Origin: Opitutales bacterium
GTDB lineage: Bacteria > Verrucomicrobiota > Verrucomicrobiia > Opitutales > UBA9783
NCBI GenBank assembly: GCA_024407725.1
Contig: JAKSVZ010000005.1
Span: 15,402 to 47,401 of the forward strand
Direction: 5' to 3'
DNA length: 32,000 nucleotides
Part shown: positions 19,274 through 28,598 of the stretch, in pieces
Layout: the number at the start of each line of letters is the position of its first letter
How positions within the stretch are numbered: the stretch's first letter is position 1
Translations under genes and position numbers: made by a program
Notes under the pieces: model-generated
The model's database searches: none
The model's input: the letters and a program-made list of their open reading frames with translations, nothing else
What the model was told of the DNA's origin: nothing

Positions 19274-20341
19274 ATGGCATACGATTTAGAATTAGCGAAG
19301 AAATTAACGATCATCACATCTTTATTTGGTCGTTCTGAAATGACCTTAAGGCATTTGCTCTATCTAGAGGCCGTACGATGCCCTTTCAAAGTATATATTA
19401 CTGATGGTAGTTTTGATGATAAAAATTTAGAAATTATCGAAGCCAATAAGCATCGGTTCTCTCATGTAAATTACGAATATCATCGTTATCCAGCAGGAGC
19501 TGGTTTGCTAGAGTTTTTTAAGCGGATGGCTGATACACTGGCTAAAATCACCACTCCGTATGTTATCCGTTACGATAACGATGATTTTTTTGAGCTAGAT
19601 ACTCTATTTCAATGCATAAACTTTTTGGAGCAGGACTCGAAGCATGAATACATCGCTTGTATGGGGCAAATCTATCCTTTTACCACGCGCAAAAATCAAT
19701 GTTTCGGGAAACTAGAAAGTCTATGGCATTGGCCTTTTAATCGGTGTTACGAATCCAACACAATTGAAGAACGTTTAAGAGGTTATGATGATGAATACGA
19801 TAGTAGTGTGGCACGCACGACATCGATGAGAGAAATCTACCAAAAGGCAGCAGACGGTAATTTATATACAGGTTGTTTTGTGGCCTTATATCCAAGTTCA
19901 TTAGGTAAAACTAAGATTTTACCCGCTCCCTACACTTACAAACAAATTGGGCATACCATCTGGCAGTGTCCTATCCAAAATGGGGGCAGTTTTACACGCT
20001 TATTAACCACCGATGAGATTGCCGAGACTCAACGAGAAGTGGATTTAATTATCGAAAGCATAGGGTTGACGGGAGAACGAGCGGATACATTGAAAAAGCA
20101 ACTGATCTTAGATTGGTTCGGAATGCAAGACCCTAAAACCTTACGGGAGTTCGTACAATTCCTGTTTTACCTTGATACGAACTATTTCAGAAAAGTTTTG
20201 AAACTCTATAATTGGTTTACCGTTTCGTGGTTACGCCGATTACCTGCTACTATCCGCTATCTGTATTTTAACAACTCTAAAACCTTGCAGGTCATTAAGC
20301 AGGTTTTGAAACAAGGGCGGGAATTGACCGAGAAACAATAA
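19274..20341 (+). CDS. GT-A-fold (family-2-like) glycosyltransferase-like protein, tandem paralog 1
   Basis: LTIITSLFGRSE...FKVYITDGSFDD...PYVIRYDNDDFF mimics the GT2 pattern (IPTYNR...IIVVDDGS.D...YI.FLDADD, a DxD motif). About 70% identical by hand alignment to the next gene over the first ~139 aa. It starts 2 nt after the tyrS stop. Confidence 0.55.
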   Translation: MAYDLELAKKLTIITSLFGRSEMTLRHLLYLEAVRCPFKVYITDGSFDDKNLEIIEANKHRFSHVNYEYHRYPAGAGLLEFFKRMADTLAKITTPYVIRYDNDDFFELDTLFQCINFLEQDSKHEYIACMGQIYPFTTRKNQCFGKLESLWHWPFNRCYESNTIEERLRGYDDEYDSSVARTTSMREIYQKAADGNLYTGCFVALYPSSLGKTKILPAPYTYKQIGHTIWQCPIQNGGSFTRLLTTDEIAETQREVDLIIESIGLTGERADTLKKQLILDWFGMQDPKTLREFVQFLFYLDTNYFRKVLKLYNWFTVSWLRRLPATIRYLYFNNSKTLQVIKQVLKQGRELTEKQ

Positions 20342-20353
20342 ATAGTCGTTGGC

Positions 20354-21433
20354 ATGAACTACGATTTAGAATTAGCGAAAAAATTAACAATTCTAACATC
20401 GATCTATGGTCGTGCCGAGCTGACGTTAAGGCATTTGCTCTATCTAGAGGCTGTACAATGCCCCTTTAAGGTATACCTCGCGGATGGTAGTTTAGATGAC
20501 CAAAATTTCAAGATTATTGAGGCCAATAAGCATCGTTTCCCTCATGTAGATTACGAATATCATCGCTATCAACCCGGCGCTGGGTTGGCTAACTTTTATA
20601 AAAAAATGGCTGATGCATCGGGGTGTATCACCACTCCGTATGTTTTGTGGTACGATGAAGATGATTTTTTCGATATCGATGTTGTCCTGCAATGTATTGC
20701 GTTTCTCGAACAAGACGCTAAGCAAAAATATATTGGGTGCATGGGGCAAATTATTGCCTTTATGACACGCCATGATGAGGCTTTTCAACCCATTGTGTCC
20801 GGAGGTCGATTTGCGCAAGACCCCAAATATGAATTAGATTCAGTTTACGACCGCATCACCGGAAGATTGCCGGATGATCACTGTATGCATAGCGTTTTGC
20901 GCACAAAATATTTGCAGGAGACCTTCCAACTTGAAGTAGAGCTTAACTGTAACAACTATTTGTTGAATAATTACATTGAACAGAGTTATTTGCCGGCGTG
21001 CGGGAAAATTAAACGCTTACCTCAAGACTACTTTTATAAGCAAGTAGGGAGTCAATCGTGGTTTGGGGGTTATGAATTTATTTTGGAAGTATTTTTGGAA
21101 AATCCTTCTTACGACGCGTTTCATCGCTATGCTCAAATTTTAGCTCAAAAAGTATGCAAGCAAATGCCTGAATTAGAACCGGAAGCGGTCGCAAAGGATT
21201 TAATCAAAGCTTACATTGATTTTAATAACCCAAAGACCTTCAGAGCGTTTTTGAAGCGCCAATTCGATTTGGGGACTGCTTATTGGGCAAATCTATCTAA
21301 ATTCCTTCATCGTTACCATTTGTTGGCGTTTAAACAGTTATGGCGTTTCCCACGAACGCTACGCGTGATTCATTTTAATCAAAACAAAACCTTAAGCATT
21401 ATTAAGCAGCTATTGAATACAAAGGTTCATTGA
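20354..21433 (+). CDS. GT-A-fold (family-2-like) glycosyltransferase-like protein, tandem paralog 2
   Basis: LTILTSIYGRAE...FKVYLADGSLDD...PYVLWYDEDDFF. It lies exactly 1080 nt downstream of paralog 1 and shares identical nucleotide runs of 20-26 nt with it. Confidence 0.55.
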   Translation: MNYDLELAKKLTILTSIYGRAELTLRHLLYLEAVQCPFKVYLADGSLDDQNFKIIEANKHRFPHVDYEYHRYQPGAGLANFYKKMADASGCITTPYVLWYDEDDFFDIDVVLQCIAFLEQDAKQKYIGCMGQIIAFMTRHDEAFQPIVSGGRFAQDPKYELDSVYDRITGRLPDDHCMHSVLRTKYLQETFQLEVELNCNNYLLNNYIEQSYLPACGKIKRLPQDYFYKQVGSQSWFGGYEFILEVFLENPSYDAFHRYAQILAQKVCKQMPELEPEAVAKDLIKAYIDFNNPKTFRAFLKRQFDLGTAYWANLSKFLHRYHLLAFKQLWRFPRTLRVIHFNQNKTLSIIKQLLNTKVH

Positions 21434-21495
21434 AGGGGATAAATGGCAGTGAATAGATTAGACATAATATATATTATGCGAAATCAAAATCAGCG

Positions 21496-22203
21496 ATGTT
21501 TTTATTAAAAAAATCGGGTTATCAAAAAGATCTTGATAAAAATGAATTAATTTTTACAATTTTGGATATGAGTATCTTGGACAAGAAGTTTTCGCTTAGT
21601 AGTTTCGTCAAATTTGTAGCGCTTTTAACAGTTGCTGATTGCATAGGGATGTATGTGCTGAACCAAAAATCCATCAGCGCACTCAAAGAAAATGTTATTA
21701 TATATAAGAGATATGCAAACAATGATAAACAAGCTGCTTTGGATCGTAACTATATCCAATATTTCTTATTAACTAATGATTGGGAAAACTTGTTGGACGT
21801 AAACATCAAGCGGTTAACGACAGCTAATATGCATTATGGTCGTATTAATTCGCGTATACAGGAAATTTTGAAATCCAAAAATCAGGAATTAGGAGCAGCT
21901 AATTTTGAATATGATTCGTTTAAGCGTGAACAGCCAAAATTAAATGCTACGGATACGGATCAACTGCAAAAAGAATTAGATTTATTAGGACGCTTGATTG
22001 CCTATACTGAATCGTACTTGAAAGAGTCAGAAAAAGGTCACGCAATATCAGTAGCAACTTTAGATTCCCGTCGTAAACTTTATCTATTGAAGTCTCAAAT
22101 GCTTGAAAGAAGTACTTTTGCTTCAAAAGCAACGATGTTAAACAAGCCAGTTGAACAATTCAATTTTTCGACGCTTGCTCTATGGGTAAGCGGATTGAAA
22201 TAA
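21496..22203 (+). CDS. Orphan AT-rich gene: N-terminal TM anchor plus long helical/coiled-coil region, function unknown
   Basis: 235-aa ORF with one hydrophobic helix (FVKFVALLTVADCIGMYVL). Charged heptad-like stretches follow (QELDLLGRLIAYTESYLKESEK...). Hand-counted GC of three 60-nt lines is 27%, 27% and 35%, against 42-53% in neighbouring genes. Confidence 0.5.
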   Translation: MFLLKKSGYQKDLDKNELIFTILDMSILDKKFSLSSFVKFVALLTVADCIGMYVLNQKSISALKENVIIYKRYANNDKQAALDRNYIQYFLLTNDWENLLDVNIKRLTTANMHYGRINSRIQEILKSKNQELGAANFEYDSFKREQPKLNATDTDQLQKELDLLGRLIAYTESYLKESEKGHAISVATLDSRRKLYLLKSQMLERSTFASKATMLNKPVEQFNFSTLALWVSGLK

Positions 22204-22324
22204 ATCCAAAGTCGTTAGCAAAAGGCTTATTAAGGGCAAAAGTTAAAAAGCGAACGCAAAGATAAATTGCAGTAAGCAGGTAAGCCCGAATACGCAATAA
22301 GCTAAGATTGTAAAACGATCACCG

Positions 22325-22358
22325 AGACTCAACGGGTTCCGTTGGGTCTTTTTATTTG
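22325..22358 (+). terminator. Rho-independent terminator closing the long plus-strand gene run
   Basis: agactcaacgg (22325-22335) pairs with ccgttgggtct (22339-22349): 11 bp including one G:U, with a gtt loop. It is followed by tttttatttg. Confidence 0.65.
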
Positions 22359-22378
22359 CTGTTAACGCAGCAGTGATA

Positions 22379-23689
22379 TCACGCGGTGCACCCATGGATC
22401 AATTGTTCCAATTGATAAAATCTACTTCCTTTTAAATAAAAGCAAGGCATCTGTAAAGACTGAATAAAACTACGTGCTTGAGCGGTTTGATCGAAGGTAT
22501 GGATTTGAGAAGGCTTAGCTCCTTGTTGCAAAATCCCCTCTTGCAGCGCCTTTGCAAAGGTTCCGATACACACAAAACAATCCTGTGGATTAACCCGCAA
22601 ATGCTGAGTAACGGAAGTATGATAGAATGCGCTCTTCTCCCCTAGTTCGAGCATGCTTCCCAAAATATAACAAACAGGGCTGTCGGTTGGCTTTTCGCGA
22701 TAAAATTGCTGCAAACTGTTTTTAAAGGCTACTGGATTGGCATTATAACAATCCACAAAGTAACGGCAGTGTGTTTTAGGGTTTATGTGCCAAGCACCGC
22801 GATTATCCATCGGACGCCATTGTTCCAAACGGGATTGAAGGACAGCGGGAGGTATACCCTCTTGAAGGGCAATCCACAACAGGTTAGCAAAGGTTTGTGC
22901 TGCGTCATCCCCTAAGGGATAACGGATGGTAAAATGATGGTCATCGACGGTTAAATCCCAGCCATTGGATATTGGTTGCGCGGAATTTTTTGGGAAAACA
23001 CGTAGGTTATCTTTGGGAGCTAAAGCGCTCCATTCTTCAGGGCAATAACGCACTTGGGTTGCCGATTGCAAAAGTTTTAGCTTTTCTTCGGCTATATGGC
23101 GCAAACTGTTGAAATTTTCCAAATGTACTGGATTCACGTTTATGAGAATAGCCACATCAGGCGTTAATAGGGATGACAGAATCTCCATCTCACCCGGATG
23201 ATTAATACCTACCTCCAAAACTGCCTTGGAGTAACGTTTAGGGTCAATACCGGTTAACGAATATGCAACCCCAAGCTGTTCATTAAAAGTGCCTGGGGAT
23301 TTATAGGTATCCTCGCCAAGCAACAGCGTTAATAGTTCTTTTGCGGTTGTTTTACCACAGCTACCCGTGATAGCAAAAATCTTGGTAGCTAAAGTTTTGC
23401 GATAACAAGCGGCAATGGTTTGAAAGGCTTTTAAGGTGTTATCAACGACCAATTGTGGCAAAGTACAATCCTCAATAGGATGCTCAACAATGGCTGCTGA
23501 TGCTCCTAATTCCTGCGCTTGTTTTACATACCGATGACCATCATCGCGCTCGGTCGGAATCGCTAAAAAACAAAAGGCATCCTTTGCTTTACGTGTATCA
23601 AAGCAAAAGCATTCAATCCCTTGGGTTGGTTGTTGCGTCCAAACCCCATGAGTCCATTGCTGCAAGGCTAAAGGCTCAAATACCATCAT
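22379..23689 (-). CDS. murF: UDP-N-acetylmuramoyl-tripeptide--D-alanyl-D-alanine ligase
   Basis: Mur ligase P-loop ITGSCGKTTAKE, position after murE, and an ATGA overlap with the murE stop (23686-23689). Confidence 0.92.
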   Translation of the reverse strand: MMVFEPLALQQWTHGVWTQQPTQGIECFCFDTRKAKDAFCFLAIPTERDDGHRYVKQAQELGASAAIVEHPIEDCTLPQLVVDNTLKAFQTIAACYRKTLATKIFAITGSCGKTTAKELLTLLLGEDTYKSPGTFNEQLGVAYSLTGIDPKRYSKAVLEVGINHPGEMEILSSLLTPDVAILINVNPVHLENFNSLRHIAEEKLKLLQSATQVRYCPEEWSALAPKDNLRVFPKNSAQPISNGWDLTVDDHHFTIRYPLGDDAAQTFANLLWIALQEGIPPAVLQSRLEQWRPMDNRGAWHINPKTHCRYFVDCYNANPVAFKNSLQQFYREKPTDSPVCYILGSMLELGEKSAFYHTSVTQHLRVNPQDCFVCIGTFAKALQEGILQQGAKPSQIHTFDQTAQARSFIQSLQMPCFYLKGSRFYQLEQLIHGCTA

Positions 23690-25230
23690 GCCTGCTTCAA
23701 GGCTTCTTCGAAGTAAGATTCAACGGTTTTGCGGTCATTATAAGGAATGACTCGGTCTTTGATCGAAATGGTCTGTTCATTACCCTTACCGGCAATTAAC
23801 AAGCAATCGCCAGGGCGGCATTGCCGAAGAGCGGCATAAACAGCTTCCTTGCGATTTTCGATAAAATCGATTTTCGATGGATCTTTCACCTCTTGCTTCA
23901 TGTCGTTGAAAATCGTTTCTTGAGACTCAAATCGTGGATTGTCGGTCGTAGCCCACGCATGATCTGCATGAGTTTCGGCAATCTGAGTCATCGTATGACG
24001 TTTGGACAAATCTGCTGTATCAGCGCATCCAAAGACCACATATAATTTGTTACGCGTGCATTCTCTTAGGGTATTTAAAGTCTTCAGCAAAGCGTCGGAT
24101 TTATGCGCAAAATCGATAAATACCTTGATGCCCATGGAATTTTTAACAGGCGATAAGCGCTCAGGAACCCCAGTAAACGTTTTGAGTGAATTGACAACCT
24201 TGGTTAGGTCATATCCCTGCGCGTATAAAGCGCCCAATGCAGATAAACAATTATATACGTTAAAGGTGCCCAGCAGTTGAGTTTTGACGGTAAGACCGCC
24301 TTTGGGGGTTAATAATTTAAAGGTAGTACCGGTATCGCTCAAACGAATATCCGTTGCCTGTAAGGTTGCCGGTTGTTCAATACCCGTAGTAATGACGGAT
24401 ACCGTTGATGGCAGTTCTTTTACCAAGCGCTGACCATAAGGATCATCAATATTAACAACCGCATTGCGTATAGCATGCGAAAAAAACAGATCACGCTTAG
24501 CTTGGTAATACGCTTCTAAGGTATGATGATAATCGATATGTTCGTAGCTTAAATTGGTGAAAACCGCTGTATCCAATTGAACGCCCAACAGCCGCTGTTG
24601 AACCAATCCTTGCGAAGAGGCTTCCAACACCACATTTTGTAAGCCACCATCTACCATTTCTTTGAAATAATGATGAAGAGAAATAGCATCCGGCGTGGTA
24701 TGAACGGACGGCAAAATACGTTCCCCTAAATCAATATGTGGCTGTCCAACCAATCCTATTTTAACCCCAATCCCTTCCTCATACAGATGGCGGATAATCC
24801 AAGTTGTTGTGCTTTTCCCACAGGTACCCGTAACTCCAATGGTACGCAGTTTTTCGTTAGGATTGTGATAAAACGCTGCGGCTAATTGAGCTACCGCTGC
24901 CCGCACATTTTCAACCTGAATCTGAATGATATTATCTAAATGCGGCAATAAGGTTTCAGTAACAATGACTTCTGCGCCATTGGCAATCGCTTCCAAAACG
25001 AAATCCTCGCCACTTTGCTTATGACCATGAATGGCGAAAAACATACCATTGGAGCCCACGCATTTACTATGCAAACTGATATTGGTGATCATAGGATCCT
25101 TCTTTGGGCCTACGTACTTCTTGATTTCGATTGCATTCAGTAAGGTTTTTAAATTGGTAATACTATCAGACATATGCAATAAGTGCGGAAAGGTTAAAAA
25201 TTCAGTTTGTATGTGGGGAAGCGGGTTCAT
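23686..25230 (-). CDS. murE: UDP-N-acetylmuramoyl-L-alanyl-D-glutamate--2,6-diaminopimelate ligase
   Basis: GVTGTCGKSTT P-loop and a DNPR motif (ATTDNPRFE). The start is ambiguous. 25230 gives an ATGA overlap with the ftsI stop, 25173 (MSDSITNLKTLL) gives the more canonical N-terminus, and 25260 is the longest ORF. Confidence 0.9.
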   Translation of the reverse strand: MNPLPHIQTEFLTFPHLLHMSDSITNLKTLLNAIEIKKYVGPKKDPMITNISLHSKCVGSNGMFFAIHGHKQSGEDFVLEAIANGAEVIVTETLLPHLDNIIQIQVENVRAAVAQLAAAFYHNPNEKLRTIGVTGTCGKSTTTWIIRHLYEEGIGVKIGLVGQPHIDLGERILPSVHTTPDAISLHHYFKEMVDGGLQNVVLEASSQGLVQQRLLGVQLDTAVFTNLSYEHIDYHHTLEAYYQAKRDLFFSHAIRNAVVNIDDPYGQRLVKELPSTVSVITTGIEQPATLQATDIRLSDTGTTFKLLTPKGGLTVKTQLLGTFNVYNCLSALGALYAQGYDLTKVVNSLKTFTGVPERLSPVKNSMGIKVFIDFAHKSDALLKTLNTLRECTRNKLYVVFGCADTADLSKRHTMTQIAETHADHAWATTDNPRFESQETIFNDMKQEVKDPSKIDFIENRKEAVYAALRQCRPGDCLLIAGKGNEQTISIKDRVIPYNDRKTVESYFEEALKQA

Positions 25231-26924
25231 AAGGCAGTGGGCATGGGTTCCATTCCCCAATAAGCAATAATGGTTTGAGCAATTTTCCTAAAAACTGGGC
25301 CTGCGGTAACTGCCCCATACGGTACCCCAACCGGAATATGAGGATTATCCAAAACAACGGTTATATGCACCCGAGGATTTGTGTTGGGGAAAAAACCAGT
25401 AATGGAGGATACGTATTCCGAATGCGAATAGCGCCCATTAATAATTTTTTGCGCTGTTCCCGTTTTGGAAGCCACATGGTAGTTTTTAATAAATGCTTTT
25501 GAGGTATTGTCCGACAACAACATTTGGCACATCAACTTTGAGGTGGATGGTTTAATGACTTCACGACGCACTTTTGGCTCAAAGGTTTGCACAATATCCC
25601 CATCCTGATCGTAAATACGCCGTATAAACTGCGGATACATTAACTTACCCCCATTGGCAATCGCACTCACGGCATAATGAAGTTGCAAAATGGTACATGC
25701 CATTCCGTGTCCTGCGGGTAAACGCGTAATCGTTAACCCATCCCATTGCTCAACTGGTTTAAAAATTCCATTGGTTTCGCCTTCGAAGCCCGACTGAGTA
25801 CTTTGACCAAAACCAAATTTTCTACCGTACTCGTATAGGCGTTCTTCCCCCAATTTAAATGCAATTTGCGCCGCTCCTCGATTGCTCGAATGGGATAATA
25901 CCTCATCGACCCGCATGCGTTGATTGAAGGGTCTCCAATCATGGGGCAAGTTACGCTTTTTCCCTTTGTAAAATGCGCTCGATAAACTGCAATCGAACTG
26001 CTCGGTTGTATTGATAGCACCACAGTCTAAGGCCGCGCTGATGGTAATACTTTTATAGGTCGAACCCGGTTCAAATAAATTTACCACCGAACGATTGGTT
26101 AAGCGCTCAATTGGATAACGATTATAATGATTGGAATCGAAATACGGTACATTGACGAACGCAATTACTTCGCCGGTATAAGGATGCGTAACCAACGCTT
26201 GCGCCGATATCGCATGATACTTCTCCTTCGCCTCAACCAATATAGCTTCAATTAAACTTTGTAGACGGTCATCAATAGTCAATTCAACCGTACAGCCATT
26301 GTTGCAATTCAACTGCTTACAACGACCAACCGGCAATACTTCGCGTTTCCCATTAACCTCGTAGGTTAAATACCCCCCCTGCCCTTTCAGGTAAAATTGC
26401 ATCATCTTTTCGATGCCACATACCGGTTGATTGTCCTTGTTAAGGAAACCAACAATATAGCTTAAACTGGGCGAATGTAAGTAATACCGTTGCAAAACCT
26501 TGTTCCCATACACTCCTTTTATCCCTAGTTCTTGAATTTTTTTATAACTCGGCTCCTTTATGTTTTTCGCAAGAGACACCCATCGCTTCTTAGAAGGAAC
26601 CTTCCACAAGGCTTGGAGCTTATCAACAGGGGCGCTTAAAATGTCCGCCAAGATTCCCAATTTACCCTCATCTTCTTTACGAACTTGCGTTAAATCAACC
26701 CCAACCTCATAAACCGCTAATTGATTCGCCAAACACCGACCTTTACAGTCGATAATACTACCGCGAAAGGCGGTTTCCGTTTGGATGCGTTGACGGCTTT
26801 GCTGGGTCAAATTAGCATCAATTCTGCCATATTCACCTAAATAAAACAGGCGAATGCTGAGCGCCAAAAATCCCACAATGAAGATTCCGACCAAAAAACG
26901 ATAGCGGGATTTAATCACAGGCAA
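25227..26924 (-). CDS. ftsI: Penicillin-binding protein 3-like transpeptidase (class B PBP)
   Basis: N-terminal TM anchor, SxxK (GSTYKS), SxN (SHSSNRG) and KTG (SKTGTA) motifs, and the expected position in the dcw cluster. Confidence 0.92.
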   Translation of the reverse strand: MPVIKSRYRFLVGIFIVGFLALSIRLFYLGEYGRIDANLTQQSRQRIQTETAFRGSIIDCKGRCLANQLAVYEVGVDLTQVRKEDEGKLGILADILSAPVDKLQALWKVPSKKRWVSLAKNIKEPSYKKIQELGIKGVYGNKVLQRYYLHSPSLSYIVGFLNKDNQPVCGIEKMMQFYLKGQGGYLTYEVNGKREVLPVGRCKQLNCNNGCTVELTIDDRLQSLIEAILVEAKEKYHAISAQALVTHPYTGEVIAFVNVPYFDSNHYNRYPIERLTNRSVVNLFEPGSTYKSITISAALDCGAINTTEQFDCSLSSAFYKGKKRNLPHDWRPFNQRMRVDEVLSHSSNRGAAQIAFKLGEERLYEYGRKFGFGQSTQSGFEGETNGIFKPVEQWDGLTITRLPAGHGMACTILQLHYAVSAIANGGKLMYPQFIRRIYDQDGDIVQTFEPKVRREVIKPSTSKLMCQMLLSDNTSKAFIKNYHVASKTGTAQKIINGRYSHSEYVSSITGFFPNTNPRVHITVVLDNPHIPVGVPYGAVTAGPVFRKIAQTIIAYWGMEPMPTAL

Positions 26925-26926
26925 GA

Positions 26927-27217
26927 TTATCGGTTATAAGCAAGCATACGTGCATCCAACTGACGTTGTTGCGGGTTTAAATAAAGCATTCGATCCGTAG
27001 CGTATAACGGCAAATGAGCCTGTTTTTGGTATAAATGGGCAATGCATACATCCCCACGATTATCCTCAACGCGCAAACTTAACAGCGTACGTTCCAATTG
27101 AGCATTTTGGGATTTATACCCATTGCACGCACAACGGATAATCATTAATCCTAAGACGCAGATAAAAAATAAAATAGGTACAATAATAAATCCGTATCTT
27201 CTTTTTAATGAATTCAT
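26927..27217 (-). CDS. ftsL: FtsL-like small bitopic cell-division protein
   Basis: 96 aa with one TM helix (FIIVPILFFICVLGLMII) and a short helical ectodomain. It lies between rsmH and ftsI, with an ATGA overlap with the rsmH stop. The call rests on position and topology. Confidence 0.6.
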   Translation of the reverse strand: MNSLKRRYGFIIVPILFFICVLGLMIIRCACNGYKSQNAQLERTLLSLRVEDNRGDVCIAHLYQKQAHLPLYATDRMLYLNPQQRQLDARMLAYNR

Positions 27218-28125
27218 AGCTTCCTAATAATTCTGAGTTTTGCTGAGCGAGAACGTGGATTAGATGCAATTTCCTCTTCCGATGCTTGTATCGGCTTGGT
27301 CGTAACCCGTTGCGCCTGAACAACCTTCAATTGTTGAGGGCGAGCATCATTGCGATCAATACTCCGACCACACCATTCGTTAAATTGCTTTTTCACCATG
27401 CGGTCTTCTAAAGAATGAAAAGAGATAACAGCAAATAATCCATTGGATGTAAGTGCCTGAAACCCTGCGGTTAACCCAACTTGTAAATGTTTCAATTCCT
27501 GATTAACCCAAATGCGCAGCCCTTGGAATACACGCGTTGCAAAGTGAATTCCAGGCTTTTTCGAGCGATATAACGTCGTTTTTTCTTCTAAAAACTGAAC
27601 CCATTCGGTGGTAGTGTTCCACGCTTCGTTATCCCGATAACGCAACACTCCTTCAACAACCGACCGCCATTGAGGCTCTTCCCCATAATCCCGAATGGCT
27701 TGAGTAAGCTCTTCCTTGGTCGCTTGATGCAAAAAATCTTGCGCCGAAATACCTTTGTCGGGATTCATGCGCATATCCAACGGACCATTTTTGGAAAACG
27801 AAAATCCTCGTTGTGCACAATCTAACTGAAAGGAAGATAGCCCTAAATCAAACAGTATGCCGGTAAAGGATAACTGTAGGGTTCCTAGCTCTGAAAAATT
27901 AATTCCATGAAACGTAAAACGATTACCAAAGCGTTGTTTTAAGGCAACCGACCGACTTTTCGCTTCTGGATCTTGATCAAGCGCAACGATGGATAAGTCA
28001 GGATTGGTTTCCAGTAAAGCTTGGCTATGCCCTCCCCCACCGAACGTTCCATCCAGTAACACGCCCTGCTGCCCCTGAAAAAACCGGAGAATACTTTGGC
28101 ATAAAACTGGAATATGACCTTCCAT
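27214..28125 (-). CDS. rsmH: 16S rRNA (cytosine1402-N4)-methyltransferase
   Basis: HIPVL, DGTFGGGGHS and ISFHSLEDR motifs. Confidence 0.95.
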   Translation of the reverse strand: MEGHIPVLCQSILRFFQGQQGVLLDGTFGGGGHSQALLETNPDLSIVALDQDPEAKSRSVALKQRFGNRFTFHGINFSELGTLQLSFTGILFDLGLSSFQLDCAQRGFSFSKNGPLDMRMNPDKGISAQDFLHQATKEELTQAIRDYGEEPQWRSVVEGVLRYRDNEAWNTTTEWVQFLEEKTTLYRSKKPGIHFATRVFQGLRIWVNQELKHLQVGLTAGFQALTSNGLFAVISFHSLEDRMVKKQFNEWCGRSIDRNDARPQQLKVVQAQRVTTKPIQASEEEIASNPRSRSAKLRIIRKL

Positions 28126-28130
28126 AACTT

Positions 28131-28580
28131 TTATAACCCTAATTGTTGCAACAAACGGCTCATTTCATTGTTCTCATCAAATGAGCTCGTGTTGTAAGCG
28201 CTATAACGCTCAGGATTCCAAATATTACACGTAACGTAACTACCTACCCATAACGCATCTTTTTGAATATCCGCATGGATAATCAGTTTTTCGGATAACG
28301 TAATACGCCCTTGTTTGTCACATACGAAGGTATCAGCTTGAGAAAACAGCTTCGACAATACCTTTTGCCCTTTAATATCTCCCAAACTTATCTCGGCTAC
28401 CTTTTCTTCGAGACGCGCAATCATTTTGGGCGGATACAACGTAATACACCCTATCGGATTGGGGAGGGCTAAAAAATTAGTTTCGTCGTCTGAACGCCAC
28501 TTTGCAGGCACAAATAACCGGTTCTTCGCATCTACTTGATGCGAAAATTCACCCACAAAAATATGGCTCAAGGTACTCAT
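28131..28580 (-). CDS. mraZ: Transcriptional regulator MraZ
   Basis: FVGEFSHQVDAKNRLFVPAKWR is the first DxxxR box and CDKQGRITLSEKL the second (two SpoVT-AbrB-like halves). It is the first gene of the dcw cluster. Confidence 0.93.
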   Translation of the reverse strand: MSTLSHIFVGEFSHQVDAKNRLFVPAKWRSDDETNFLALPNPIGCITLYPPKMIARLEEKVAEISLGDIKGQKVLSKLFSQADTFVCDKQGRITLSEKLIIHADIQKDALWVGSYVTCNIWNPERYSAYNTSSFDENNEMSRLLQQLGL

Positions 28581-28598
28581 CTACCCCCTATATTATTT

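Noticed and set aside
20032-22334. Shared 13-mer ccgagactcaacg at 20032-20044 (inside paralog 1) and 22322-22334 (terminator stem). It was considered as possible att-like or repeat boundaries of the accessory module.
   Set aside because: Several exact 13-mer coincidences are expected by chance in 32 kb. The flanks do not extend the match, and no integrase or recombinase is present.
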